A stretch of DNA of 64,000 nt from NCBI GenBank assembly GCA_965219415.1, contig CBDCNP010000002.1, forward strand, positions 2,592,001 through 2,656,000, given 5' to 3'. Under the pieces are notes generated by a model, which worked only from the letters and a program-made list of their open reading frames with translations, was not told the origin of the DNA and did no database searches. Numbering within the stretch: the stretch's first letter is position 1; every line of letters begins with the position of its first letter. Below, piece after piece: positions 21,983-33,900 of the stretch. The stretch is from Candidatus Marinacidobacterales bacterium (GTDB lineage Bacteria > Acidobacteriota > Vicinamibacteria > Marinacidobacterales > DATDRI01). The position numbers and the translations under genes were made by a program.

Positions 21983-22795
21983 CACCTTCCTCAAGGCTCA
22001 TTGGGGCGCCATCGCTGCGACAGACCTGTTCACCGTCGAGGTTGTGAACCCGTTCGGGCTCGTCCGCTACCATGTCCTGTTTGTCATCGATATCGCCACT
22101 CGCTGCGTGTGCATCGGTGGGATGACCTCGGACCCAAACGGGGAGTGGATGAAGCAGGTGGCAAGAAACCTCACGGACATGTGGGATGGTTTCCTCCTTG
22201 GCAAACGGTACCTCATCCACGACCGGGACCCGCTGTTCACTGAGGCAGTACGTGGGCTGTTGAGAGATTCAGGCGTGAAGCCCCTCCGCCTTCCCGCCAA
22301 TAGTCCGAATCTGAACGCCTACGCGGAAAGATTCGTTCTCTCCATACGTCGAGAGTGTCTCGACCGCTTCGTACCTCTCAATGAGCGACACCTGCGGACA
22401 GCGATAACCGAATACGTAGTGCACTATCACACAGAACGGAACCACCAAGGTCTCGGCAACGAGCTCATCACACCTCTGCCGGCAAGTGCGAATGACGCTG
22501 GCCCCATCGTGTCGCGAGAGCGACTTGGGGGCATTCTCAACTACTACTACCGTGCCGCGTAGATTGTCGCCGGCGACGGTAGCCCCTCGGTGGGCTCGGT
22601 CGGCGTAGCGTGGAAACAGCTCTTCAGGCACACGCTTCGATATTCGCTCTCGACTAGGTGGTCATCTGCATGGTGACGACCCGCCTGCCCAAGACGATTG
22701 TAAAGCTCACGGCCCTTGGCCCGGTCGCAAACACAGACACTAAGTTGCTGATTTATGGCCTATTTCAAAAGGGCCGAGTTTTGGCACAGGACGGG
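21983..22795 (+). mobile_element. 3' half of a type-A element
   Basis: Integrase C-terminal half ending at 22562 plus a full TIR. Confidence 0.9.
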
Positions 22796-23029
22796 GTCGT
22801 GCGAATAGCAGGGCAAGTTCGCCAATCTCATACAGCTCGAGTTTATGGAAGAGACAAGTCGTTCGTAACGACGATGAAGCGGGCGCCGGCCGTCACGGCC
22901 AGCATGAATAAGGCAGCGAGCGCAACGACCAGCCACCGGTAGCGCACAGTAGCGGCGACGTAGCGGTCCAGCAGCGAAGGAGTCAGCGTCTCGACCATCT
23001 CGGACTGGGAGCGACGAGCTACTCGATTG

Positions 23030-23880
23030 TTACCACGGGTTCGATTTCGACATGTAGACGTGGTCCGGCATCTTGTAGCTCAGCCCCTCGCTGTCGTACA
23101 CCGATATCTGGAGAAGCTGAGTGAAATTGTCCGATCTGATCATCTTGTTGGTTCGCAACAATCGCAGAACGCGCTGCTTCATCCGGTACTTGAATAGGGT
23201 CGCCCACTTGGGATCCGGTGGAAACTCGAAACTGTCGGCGAGCTCTTTTCCAATGAGGGCGCGTGACAGGCGGTAGGCCAGTTCCACCGTTTGCTTTTGC
23301 TCAGCCGGGTCCTTGACGTCCGCAACCTTTGGAATGGACTGGATCAACAAATTGGCCACGGCTACCGAATCGGCGTCCGGCTTCGGCTCGCACAGGTAAC
23401 CGATCTCGTATATTTTTTCCGCCTCCTCGCCGTTCTTATAGAGGATGGTTTCCGGTATCCCCATGAGGTAGCCGGCGTAGCGCCAGACGGCGAGAACGCT
23501 CTCCTGTTCTTCCTGGCTGAACTTCGCGCCCAGCATCGTCGAGTACTCCAGCAGGCGCTTGGAAAAGACGGAGATGGCGAAACCCAGGTGCGCCGCGCTT
23601 ACCGGCGTGCCCCAGGCTTCGTGATTCCAGTCATCTGACTTCGCCAGCAGGCCCCGTATCCGAGTATGAACGAACCGAATGCGCGTGGACAGCTTCCATC
23701 CCTCGCCGTTTCTCTGCAAGTTGCCGGGAAAGAAGATCTCCAGCATGTGGCGGTTGTTCTGCTGGAGGCGTCTCCTGGTGGACGCCACTCGCCCGGTAAT
23801 ATTGAAAGACTTGGCGATGAGCGTCGAAAAACCTTCTACCAGCACTCCCGTGACAAAGTGGTTCAACGATACAGCCGTTT
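23030..23880 (-). pseudogene. 5'-truncated MpaB/DUF2236-like oxygenase-family protein
   Basis: RIRFVHTRIR, WGTPVS, WRYAGYLMGI. Confidence 0.65.
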
Positions 23881-24000
23881 GAGCGCGTGGATGAAGACGG
23901 GCACACGGGCGCAGAAAGAAGGGCAGGGCGGCACCGTCGCTCACAAGTGGCAGTGACGCCCTGATATGCGCGATCTTCTTTTTTGCGGATCACAGCACCG

Positions 24001-24023
24001 GCCCGAAAGGGCTGTTTTTTTTT
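24001..24023 (+). terminator. Intrinsic terminator
   Basis: GCCC-GAAA-GGGC hairpin followed by a T-run. Confidence 0.5.
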
Positions 24024-24033
24024 GCTTCCGGCC

Positions 24034-24211
24034 CTATGTTTTGGAGGTCAGGGACGCACGAATACCGGGGTAAGCGACTCGGCTGTGGGTGAGCCCGGCA
24101 TCCAGGAGAACCGCCAGTGTATGGATGGTGACGGCAAGCGGGTCGATGAGGGGCACGCTCAACTTCATGGCCTCTAGTTTCTTCCGGAGATCTCTGGCAA
24201 GAAACGCGAAC
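24034..24211 (-). pseudogene. C-terminal fragment of an Asp/Glu/hydantoin racemase-like protein
   Basis: VPLIDPLAV...GLTHSRVAYP; cut at a type-A end. Confidence 0.5.
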
Positions 24212-24392
24212 CCCGTCCTGTGCCAAAACTCAGCCCTTTTGAAATAGCCCATAAATCAGCAACTTAGAGTCTGTGTTTGCGGCCGTGCCCAGGACCGAGC
24301 GCGAACAAACGACGAAATCATGCAGGCATAGTCCCGGCAGATCGGAGACCGATCAGGTTCGGGTCGTCGCGGATGAATAAATAGAAGGCACA

Positions 24393-24987
24393 ACCGATCA
24401 TGCAGTCCGTCCGACACACGCACGGCAACGGGTCTGCCGGACTGTTGCGCGAAGGAGTCGACGGCCGGCAGCAGTGTGGCTCGTTTCTTCGGGCCTCCAA
24501 GAAGGCGAATAGATACCCCTTCCGCGACGTACGGGAGATATCGGGAGACGAACTCTGCGTCGAGGTACGGATCGACGAAAAACACATCGGTCCTGGCGGT
24601 CTCGATCACCTTTCGCAACTCGTCGAAGTACTCGAAGACCTGCCCCTCCGCGACTACCACACTGCCGCGACCCAGTTCCGCGCGGAGGTCCGACTTTGCC
24701 TGCTGCAAGATGAGCTTGAGAGTGGCGAGAACCTCGTTGCAGAAAACGTAACCGTCAAACGGAATATTCTTCAGGACAGAACTAACCCTTGGCGTGTACG
24801 CGATGTCCCAGCGCTTTATCGCTGCCGCTGCTCTCCCGAGCCAAGCCAAGTGCTTGTCGCTTTCACTGTCGCTTACGAATTCCTCTATCGTCGGCGCCAG
24901 TATCTGGAACGGTTGGACATGCTCGATTCTCCTTTCTGTAGCGGCAGCCCCGGTTAGTCCGGCGCAGTCGAGACATTGTAGCCGCAC
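24393..24987 (-). pseudogene. Truncated protein with a PLD-like C-terminal domain
   Basis: FFVDPYLD...LHDR, cut by a type-C end just after HDR. Confidence 0.5.
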
Positions 24988-25181
24988 TGCGAGGCGTACG
25001 AACTGGGTGCTTCCGCGGTGCTTGCGCGGTTTACTGTTGGTGATGTGTACGCATCCCTTTGCAAAAGAGGCGCTTACGCTCCATTTAGCGCGCAGCGACG
25101 GTCACGAGCTCTATTTTGGCTGTAATTAATGCACCGTAAAATCTTAGCGTCATCTCACCAACACTTAATGGCGGAAGCACC

Positions 25182-25427
25182 CCGTTGCTATTACAACTTC
25201 GTCCGACCGCACGGAGCTCTGAAGTTCGGACGTGAGATCCGAACTCCGGCTATGCAGGCCGGTCTGACCACGCGACGGCTCACCTTTCGAGACATCTTCT
25301 TTGCGACGACGATTCCTTTGTGGTTGCGGATCGAGGTTTTCCTGCTCACTGGGGCGCGCAACCCGGTCTCTTCCACACCTGTACCACTGCCCGCAGCCGC
25401 GTAGCAACACTTGATGGCGGAAGCATC
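25182..25427 (+). pseudogene. 3' end of an IS1-like transposase with a type-B terminus (candidate autonomous parent of the B/D MITEs)
   Basis: YYNFVRPH...RTPAMQAGL followed by CAACACTTGATGGCGGAAGCATC. Confidence 0.65.
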
Positions 25428-25656
25428 GGGACGGTTTGTGAGACCGGGGAACCATACATCGTTTTTCTTTGACAGGAATCTTAGGACATCACCGATTCAT
25501 GCACCAACACCGTTCTGGCTTGCTAACTTCGTGTAACGCCACTAAAATAGTGCCGTTTGAGTTTCGCTCGAAGCTTGAGCACCAACCTCCGGTCGCCCAC
25601 GCGGTGGGTGCACCGGCTAACGTTAAGTTAGCTTCAAAACGGAGGAGACTTGAGGA

Positions 25657-25957
25657 ATGGCGAAAAAACCCATGACCAAAACCCAAATCGTAGCCCAGAT
25701 GTCGGAAACGATGCAGGTTCCGAAAAAGCAGGCCGCGGCATGGTTCAAGTCGATTGCCGATCTCGCGGCGAAGGAGACGAAGCGGACGGGCCAGTTCATC
25801 CATTCCCGGAATTGGAAAACTCGTGAAGGCGCAACGAAAGGCGCGCAAGGGACACAACCCCCGGACCGGCGAACAGATTCGAATCCCGAAAAAGACGATG
25901 GTCAAGTTTCGAGTAGCGAAAGCTTGCCTGGACGCCGTCGTCTCACCGAAGAAGTAG
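25657..25957 (+). CDS. HU-family DNA-binding protein (frameshift near 25800)
   Basis: MTKTQIVA... then IPGIGKLVKAQRKARKGHNPRTGEQIRIP. Confidence 0.82.
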
Positions 25958-26838
25958 CTCACAAGCGACGCCTCGGAATGTCCTACCGAACGACGGATGC
26001 ACGCTGGCGACGTGCCCGGCGTAAAAAGTGGGCGAAGGCGGACACTGAGAATCCGGCGGAAACCAAAGCATTGCAGGTTCCAGAGCCCCCACCAATTCGG
26101 CCGGAGGAGCCAACGGGCGAGGGAGATGTTGGCGAACGGGTTGCTACCCTTGGACATTCCTTCGCCAGCGAGTCGATGATGCACCACTACCACCTATCGA
26201 CGCACCACGTGTTCCAGATACCACGCTCGGATGTTCGCTCCGAGACATTGGCTGCGTTGCAGTCCATCATCGAGGTGGCCACCGGCGGGCATGGCGGTGC
26301 CGTTAGCCGGATTCCCCGAATACTTTCTAAGCATCAGGAACACCTGGGTCGGCGCAGTGGGGTGGCTCATCCAGGGACCCGAGCACCGGGTCATGGTTCA
26401 GTGCGTGACAGCCTGGACGATTGAGGGCGCAGCAAAGGGCGTGCGCTGGTTGGGGACGGAGCTACCGGAGGAGTTGGACTTGCCTTGTTGTCTGGTCAAG
26501 CTTGGACTACCCCTGCTTAAGGATCCCGGTGCGGCAAGTTGGCTTGATGATGCCGAGCGGTGCATTAGCTGGGCGATGCTACCCACGCCTCCTCCGAGGA
26601 ATGGCACAAGGTTGCCCTGATGGGTGTATCGCCTGAGCTTGGGAATCAGACGCAACTCCGGGCGGGTGTGCCTTCTATTTATTCATCCGCGTGATTGGAG
26701 ATCACGGATATACTCAGCCAGAACGTGCCCCTGGAGGACGTGCAGTATCTGGCCGGACACTCCAACCCCTCGGGCCACACAGTTCTATGACCGGCGTAGA
26801 CAGCACGTCACTCGCAACATCGTGGAGCGTGTCTCGAT

Positions 26839-27396
26839 ATGAAAGAAGGACCAAGGAAGAGAGACATCCTTTCGAGGCCTGCTAGCAAGAAAGCCGCTGC
26901 ACGGCCTCGTTCGGCTCCCCGCAATGAACCCAAGCCGGTGCCGGTTCCTCTGCCCGAAGGTGTCCGCCACAAGCGGGCGGGTGAAACGACGGAACGTTCC
27001 GCGCATCTCAAAAAACTCAAACAACTCTTCGAGGCGGCTCCGATCAGCCGCTACCTGGGCATGACACTCAGCTATTGCGAAAACGGCGTGGCGCGCGCGC
27101 GTTTGCCGTTTCGGGCCGAGTTCGAAGAAAGGCATGGCGTCATCCACGGGGGTCTCATCAGTCTGCTGGCGGACACGGCGGGTAACTTCGCGGTGGGTTC
27201 GGTCTCGCTGGGCTCCACGGTCAAGACGGTGGAGTTCAAGATGAGCTTGCTGGCGGGAGTCCAGGGAGACCTGGTCGCCATCGGAGAGGTCGTCCGCAAG
27301 GGACGCTCGCTCGCCACCTGCCGGCTCGAGGTCGTTGGGGGCAACGACCATGTGGCGGCCATCGGGCTGGCCACTTATGCCCTCCAGGCTGTTTAG
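26839..27396 (+). CDS. PaaI-family thioesterase (copy 2)
   Basis: Close paralog of 5985-6542; third, 5'-only stub at 42910-43020. Confidence 0.85.
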   Translation: MKEGPRKRDILSRPASKKAAARPRSAPRNEPKPVPVPLPEGVRHKRAGETTERSAHLKKLKQLFEAAPISRYLGMTLSYCENGVARARLPFRAEFEERHGVIHGGLISLLADTAGNFAVGSVSLGSTVKTVEFKMSLLAGVQGDLVAIGEVVRKGRSLATCRLEVVGGNDHVAAIGLATYALQAV

Positions 27397-27791
27397 CCAT
27401 CTGCACCTGCTTGTTGCAGCCCAGGCGTCTTGAGTTCGTTTGTGTTTTTGGACACGACGCCATCGACGGTGACGGGAAGGCGAAGCTACCGGAACACTCA
27501 CGCTCTGTTTCGCGACCTTTCGAGGCGGATGAATTTCGAGCGTCTTCCCGTCCTGTGCCAAAACTCGGCCCAGCCGGCATCGACGAAAGAACTGCGCCTC
27601 TCGAAATCAGGCGGTGCTTCCGTCATCAAGTGTTGGTGAGAATGACGCTAAGACTTTACGGTGCATTAAGTTAAAGCCAAAATAGCGTTCGTGACCTTCG
27701 CTGCGCGCTAAATGGCGCGTAAGCGCCTTTTTTGCAAGGGGATGCGTACACATCACCAACAGTAAACAGCGCAAGCACCCAATGTCCTCAA

Positions 27792-27800
27792 TGATATAAT
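27792..27800 (+). promoter_or_regulatory. Extended -10 promoter TGATATAAT, probably leaderless
   Basis: Perfect TGnTATAAT ending 6 nt before ATG 27807; no RBS. Confidence 0.6.
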
Positions 27801-27806
27801 GTTGAT

Positions 27807-29084
27807 ATGAGCCTGTCGAACTACGAAGTCACCGCGATTCTAAGTCTTAGGGACGACCTCGCGCGCGCCATAGGTGCGAATCAAGGTCAGATCACTGCGG
27901 CCCTGAAGGCTGCGGATCAGATGCGTGACATCGTCAACTCGCCGGCATCCCGCCAGATGCAGGAAATGTACGGGCGAGACCTGCAGTACCTTCGCGAACT
28001 ACGCGATGCCAGCGAGCAGATCAAGTCGCAGTTCGGGATCGCACACGTGAAGGCTGTTGCCGACGCGTTCATCGGCCTAAAGGTGTTCGATTCGGAGCAG
28101 TTCAGTGGAGGCATCTCGGCCCGGATTACGGAACAGTTCAAGTTGCTCAACTCGACGGTCGACCACTTGGCCGGTCTGAAGGCGTTGATGCCGCCCGACC
28201 ATCTGAGCGCCACGATCGCGAACAGCCTGCTCGTGAACGACGCCGCGCTCGACGCGCTCCGGCGCGCCGCCAATCTCTTCAAGTCGTGCGAGATGCCGGA
28301 CTACGCTAAAGAACTGGGGCAGCTTACGGCGATGTCGCGCGAGAGCGAGAAGCTGCTTCAGACTCTTAGTGCCCAGCACGGCTTCGCCGATCTACTGGGC
28401 GTTCATGACGTCACACGATCGCTGGTCAAATACGAGACCGGTCGGCTGAATCGCGCCTATGCAGGGTTCGGTGCGAGTATCGCGAGCCGACCGGAAAGGC
28501 TCTCGACCGGGCCGGATTTCCTCCTAGCTGCGCCAGCCGACGCCGTCTTTTCGCAGTCGCGGTTCGTGCGCGTTGTGACCACGCACGACGACATTGAGGA
28601 AGAGCGCGCGCTCGACGAGATCTGGGGCGGCGTTAGGGACCGCACCCTCGGGTACATCGACGCTGTACTGCCCGAGCTCAGCCCCGAGCTTATGAAGGCA
28701 TGGCGGGGCGTCTGGGACGCGGCGCATCGTCGCGGGCCGGATTGGGCGCGCCAAGCGGGAGCATCGCTTCGGTTCATCCTCGTCGAGGTTCTCGACACCG
28801 TGGCTCCCGTCGACGCCCTCACGGACATTCCACGGCAGTACGTTCGCGACGGAAGGCTGGGAAGACCGGCGCAGGTCTACTGGCTTTGCGTGCCACTTCA
28901 GAACCGGACCTACCGCCGGGTAGCGCGCGCAGATCTTGAGTCCGCCATCTCCATAGTCGACGCGATGTCGGAAGCAATTCACCGCCACGATTACGTCGAG
29001 ATCGAAGACGCATTCGACACGATGGTTGTCCGTACCGCGATCGCGCTCTGTAACTTGCTGAAGCTCTGGAAGGCGCGGAACTAG
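27807..29084 (+). CDS. Hypothetical protein; C-terminus resembles the predicted pPIWI-associating nuclease domain
   Basis: WRGVWDA...PDWARQAGASLR...VLDTVAP...SEAIH pattern, recognised from memory. Confidence 0.55.
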   Translation: MSLSNYEVTAILSLRDDLARAIGANQGQITAALKAADQMRDIVNSPASRQMQEMYGRDLQYLRELRDASEQIKSQFGIAHVKAVADAFIGLKVFDSEQFSGGISARITEQFKLLNSTVDHLAGLKALMPPDHLSATIANSLLVNDAALDALRRAANLFKSCEMPDYAKELGQLTAMSRESEKLLQTLSAQHGFADLLGVHDVTRSLVKYETGRLNRAYAGFGASIASRPERLSTGPDFLLAAPADAVFSQSRFVRVVTTHDDIEEERALDEIWGGVRDRTLGYIDAVLPELSPELMKAWRGVWDAAHRRGPDWARQAGASLRFILVEVLDTVAPVDALTDIPRQYVRDGRLGRPAQVYWLCVPLQNRTYRRVARADLESAISIVDAMSEAIHRHDYVEIEDAFDTMVVRTAIALCNLLKLWKARN

Positions 29085-29174
29085 CGCGCCATACGCCCTC
29101 GCCACCGCAATTGTTGGCGTGTGCTCCCGTCCTGTGCGGTGCTTCTGCCATTAAGTGTTGGTGAGATGACGCTA

Positions 29175-29322
29175 TGAACCGCCCCGGGTTTTCCGGAGAC
29201 TGTTTTAGTTGAGTCTCGCCATCTCTAGCGAGCCTTCCTGCGACCGATAGTAGTTCATCTCGTACTCGACGGGGGAGACATTCCCGATCGGCTCCAAGAG
29301 TCGTTGCGTGTTGTACCAATGG
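29175..29322 (-). mobile_element. IS3-family right-end remnant
   Basis: TGAACCGCCCCGGG IR; WYNTQRLLEPIGNVSPVEYE. Confidence 0.7.
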
Positions 29323-29360
29323 ACCCCGTCCTGTGCCAAAACTCGGCCCTTTTGAAATAG

Positions 29361-30540
29361 TGAAGTGACCCCGCTTTCGTGGACAGGTTAAGAGTTAGGG
29401 ATCAAGCGTCGCGATAGTACCTCCTTTCGAATTGGATAGGCGAGCAATAGTCGATGGCGGAGTGTCGTCGTCGCGGGTTGTACCAGCCTTCGATGAAATC
29501 GAAGGTCGCCATGCGCGCCTCAGCGTGGTAGCGAAACGACCGGCGCTCGATCAGCTCGCACTCGAGCGTCGCGAAGAAGCTCTCGCACATCGCATTGTCG
29601 TAACAGTCCCCGACCGAACCCATCGACGGTCGCACCCCGGCCTCCCGGCATCGCTGGCCGAACGCTAGTGACGTGTACTGCGTGCCCTGGTCCGAGTGAT
29701 GGATGACGTCGCCGGGCTTGCGTTGGAACAGCGCCATGTCGAGGGCGCTCAAGACGAGCGACGTCCGCAGGTGGGTAGCCATTGCCCATCCGACGATGCG
29801 TCGGCTGAAGGCGTCCAGCACGACGGCGAGGAACAAGAAGCCCGACCACGTGGGCACGTAGGTGATATCGGCGACCCACAGGCGGTCGGGCCGGTCCACC
29901 TCGAAATTCCTGTCGACGAGATCGGGGGCGGGACGGGCGTCGTCACAGCGAATCGTAGTGTGCGCCCTCTTGCGCCGGTGAACACCTTGAATGCCAGCCT
30001 CGCGCATCAGCCGCGCTACACGCTTGCGTGAGACGTGGAGCTCGTGTGTCTCTCGTAGCTCGTGGAGGATCCTCGGCGCGCCGTACGTGCTCCGCGACGC
30101 GGTGTGAATCGCCCGGATCTTCTCAAGCAACTCCGCATCCGACACCGCGCGGGCCGACGGGGCACGCTCAAGCCACGCATAGTAGCCGCTGGCGGAGACG
30201 TCCAGCAGTCGGCACATCGTGGCAACCGGTAGTGAATCCTGGTTCGCCCTCACGAATCGGAAGGCTTCGGTGGTACCGACTCGGTCTCCCGAGCGAACCA
30301 GGCCGCGGCTTTTGAGAGGATCTCCCGCTCCAACCGTAGTTGACGGTTCTCCCGTCGCAGGCGGCGGAGCTCCGCACGCTCCTCACTCGTCAGACCGTCC
30401 TGCCTGCGACCCTCGTCGAGATCCGCCTGGTTCACCCAGTTCCGGATCGTCTGGCCCGAGGGCTCAAACTCTCGCGCCAGCTCTTCGGAGCCGCGGCCAG
30501 CTCGCACCAGCTCTACCATTTGGCGCCGGAACTCGGCCGC
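29361..30540 (-). mobile_element. IS3-family element lacking its left end (orfA ~30250-30540, orfB 29402-30253)
   Basis: WVADITY, HSDQG, CYDNAMCESFF; right IR at 29361. Confidence 0.9.
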
Positions 30541-31279
30541 GTATCTGTTTGAATCTTGGGCTTTTCCGAAGATTTTGATCCCGGAGCTCGACCATGGTAG
30601 CTCGCAGCCATCTGTCTGTCTCGGTGATTCGTATCAGCAGTTCCCATATTCTCGCGACTACCGTTCAACCTTCGAGGTCTCCTCTGCTGAGACTTCGGAA
30701 CCCTTGTCCGCCGGTGGCCGCGTTTCCGGCGTTACTTTCCCAGGGGGTGGCCAGCTGGGTGGCTCCACCCTGAGCTTGAGCGATCCGTTGATCATGGAGC
30801 GTGTTTCTGTTCAGGTGTTGACCCCGGATCGCAAGCAGTGCGGCGGCGAGAAAGACACCTATGACGATGACCCTGCCCCAAGGGGGGCGCGCCCAGAGGC
30901 AGGTTAAGAACAACCCTCCCAACAAGCAGGCGAGCGAGGCATAGAATAGATCCTCCTTAGCGTGTAGAAGAATCATCGGCAAAAGGGCCGGGTCCTTGAA
31001 GAGCGGTTCTAAGGATGAGCTATTGGAAGAGATGTTCGGCTCTCACGTCACTCACTTGCAGGCTCTGTACGTTGGTCGTACTTTGGTCCCCAGGCCCGAC
31101 GCATTGCCCCATCGATCAGGCTCCATGCGCCTTCGGTGGCTTCCGCAATCTGAGCTTGCCCATCCTGATTAATTGTAGCTGCCTTCAGAAGTTCGAGACA
31201 CTTTTCCTTCGACCCGGTCTTGAGACACACCGCCATCCAGCCCACAATTATCCGTCTAATCAGATTCCGTACGTCGTAC

Positions 31280-31512
31280 CTGTGGTCGCCGGCGACGGTA
31301 GCCCCTTGGTGGGCCCGCTCGGCGTAGCGTGAAAACAGCTTCAGGAACACGCTTCGATATTCACTCTCGACTAGGTGGTCATCTGCATGGTGACGACCCG
31401 CCCGCCCAAGACGATTGTAAAGCCCACGGCCCTTGGCCCGGTCGCAAACACAGACACTAAGTTGCTGATTTATGGCCTATTTCAAAAGGGCCGAGTTTTG
31501 GCACAGGACGGG
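31280..31512 (+). mobile_element. Type-A right end without integrase
   Basis: Matches ~22565-22795. Confidence 0.85.
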
Positions 31513-32134
31513 GTAACGGAGTCGTCGAAGGTTGCTGCTTTCTGAACTTTTTTTACACGCCTATTGACAAGAGCTCGTACATGCCTAGGAGGACGCATTA
31601 CGCGACTGTGTTGCTCTAGACTTGGCTGTGCCTTCTATTTATTCATCCCCACGCCCCGAACTTGATCGGTCTCCGGTCTGCCGGGACCATGCCTGCATGA
31701 TTTCGTCTTTTGTTCTCGCTCGGCCCTTGGCCCGACCGCAAACACAGACACTAAGCTACTGATTTATGATCTATGGACTTGACCCGCTTTCGTGGACACC
31801 TAATCCTTTGGGAGACAGGAGTCCACGATGTCAAAGCAAGGAAACAGCGAAAAGAAGTAAAGAAGCCAGAGGCAATTTCAACAACCGGTTGAAACTATGG
31901 GGAAAACCAGGGGTGCTTCCGCCATTAAGTGTTGGTGAGATGACGCTAAGACTTTACGGTGCATTAAGTTACAGCCAAATTAGCGCTCACGACCTTCGCC
32001 GCGCGCTATATGGAGCGTAAGTACCTTTTTTGCAAAGGGATACGTACACATCACCAACAGTAAACAGCGCAAGCACCTGGCTACTCGCCGGAGGCCGCCA
32101 GTACATTTCCTTCGTCGATCCGAAAGGCATCATT

Positions 32135-32582
32135 CCTTCGCCGTGGGAGGTCGGCCTGGACTCCGGTTCTTGCTGCCATCGTACTTGGCTGCGATGAGGT
32201 AGCGGTACCAACGCAGCAGCGTAGCGGGTGTGGCAACGGAGGCAATCTCGGCCAGCGCCTCGCGGCCCAAAGCCTGAGCCTTGACGGCGAGCCTGCGCCG
32301 GTCGTCGTCAGAGAGCCTGAGACGCTTGCCCCGAAGCCCGGCTCGGAGCACACGGTTCTCCTCTCGCAGGTAATCAATCACATCCTGCTGCTGGCGGTTG
32401 ACCCAGCCAGCCAGAACGAGCAGTAAGAATTGCACGTGGTACGTCATGATGGGCTCCGAAGATAACACCCTCAGGCCAGACGATTGTGAAGCCCACGGCC
32501 CTTAACCCGGTCGCAAAACACAGACTCTAAGCTGTTGATTTATGGGCTATTTCAAAAGGGCCGAGTTTTGGCACAGGACGGG
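32135..32582 (-). mobile_element. Type-A left end plus integrase N-terminus
   Basis: [10 protein letters not shown]...GRPPTAK. Confidence 0.88.
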
Positions 32583-32599
32583 GTGAAACAATACAAAGT

Positions 32600-32918
32600 T
32601 GATCACGGTGAAGGTCCACGCGAGGCTCTGACGACGGCGGAACGTAGCGAATGAGATTCAAGTTCATTCACGCGGAGCGGGTCAACTACCCGGTGCGGTT
32701 GATGTGCCGAGTCCTGAGGGTATCGACCAGCGGCTACTACGCTCAGATGAAGCGCGCGCCCAGCAAGCGACAGTGTGAGGATGGGAAACTGAAGCTGCGC
32801 ATCCAAGCGATCCACTCGTCACTCGATTACAACAGCCCAATGGTGTTCGAACGGATTCATGACCTCAAAACTGCTCATGCGAGATAATCAAACTGTCCAC
32901 TTTTCCTGGGCAAGGTCA
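32600..32918 (+). pseudogene. Collapsed IS3 element with large internal deletions
   Basis: RFKFIHAE...SGYYA...IQAIH joined to SSLDYNSPMVFE and a right IR. Confidence 0.7.
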
Positions 32919-32928
32919 AGAGTGTTAT

Positions 32929-33115
32929 TCAGGGCGCGGTGTTGGCGGTCGGTCGAGCTCGATGGTCGACCATGACGCGCTGGTGGATCTCGCGGGCCAG
33001 GAAGCGCTTGAGGCATCGGATGAGGTCGCGCTTGGCGAAGCCCTCAGCGGTCCGTCGAGTGACATAGTCGATGGTCGGCTGGTGGAAGCGCATGCGCACG
33101 ATCACGGCGCTGCGT
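32929..33115 (-). pseudogene. IS110-family transposase C-terminal fragment
   Basis: YVTRRTAEG..KRDLIRCLKRFLAREI. Confidence 0.7.
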
Positions 33116-33465
33116 TGATCGCCGCCCGACCGGTGCCGACAGATCAACGCCAAGGCACTCCGGCCAGTCGTAAGCAAGGGTCAGACACCAGCCGAACGAC
33201 CCCACCATCATGCTCACAATCGTAGGAGTCGCCACGGCTGCCGACGGACGGCTCAATGCCCGCCTCGGCGAGCCGCTCGGTGTAACGGATCGAACGGATC
33301 CTCAGATTTTAACGTCACCGGACTTCAGCTTGCGCCAAACTGTGCATAAGTGCCGTCCTCGCACGACGACGTGGACGAGCCGGCAACAGTAAACGGAGCA
33401 AGCACCACTTGATGGCAGAAGCACCGCTTATCGAGTGTATTTGAGCGAGGCTTCGCGGAGCATAA

Positions 33466-33900
33466 TTGATGCACGAGTCCAGTTTTACTATAAGAACTCC
33501 TCGTGACTTCTTACACGAGATGGTCATCCCGCAACACGAAGATTTTATAGGGGAAAATTCTTCCTCACGACACGCATTGCTCACGATTATCCTCGTCTAC
33601 CACATGTATGAGTGGGTGCACGGCAGGAAATTCTGCGGCAATCATTTCAGATCAACCTATGAAAACGAGAGTGGCATAGCTGAAATGTTCGGACTAGCAA
33701 GGAAAATCGCTAATGGTACAAAACATTTTTTACCGAAAGCCAAAACACAGGTACAGGTTGGCTTCTCATCCGATTTTAGCGATGAATTCGAGCGACCCCT
33801 AAACGTAGAATTTGATGATGGCAGGAAAGAGTCAGTAGACATTTTCTTACGCAAGATGGTGGGATTTTGGGTTCTACAAGAAAAAGTCGGTGCTTTTTGA
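33466..33900 (+). CDS. Hypothetical protein, AT-rich relative to the window
   Basis: Open 144-aa ORF with RKIANGTKH, an R-x-H pattern loosely like HEPN. Confidence 0.55.
   Translation: MMHESSFTIRTPRDFLHEMVIPQHEDFIGENSSSRHALLTIILVYHMYEWVHGRKFCGNHFRSTYENESGIAEMFGLARKIANGTKHFLPKAKTQVQVGFSSDFSDEFERPLNVEFDDGRKESVDIFLRKMVGFWVLQEKVGAF

Noticed and set aside
5985-27396. DGR template/variable repeat for the duplicated thioesterase
   Set aside because: The differences are not adenine-specific and no reverse transcriptase is present.
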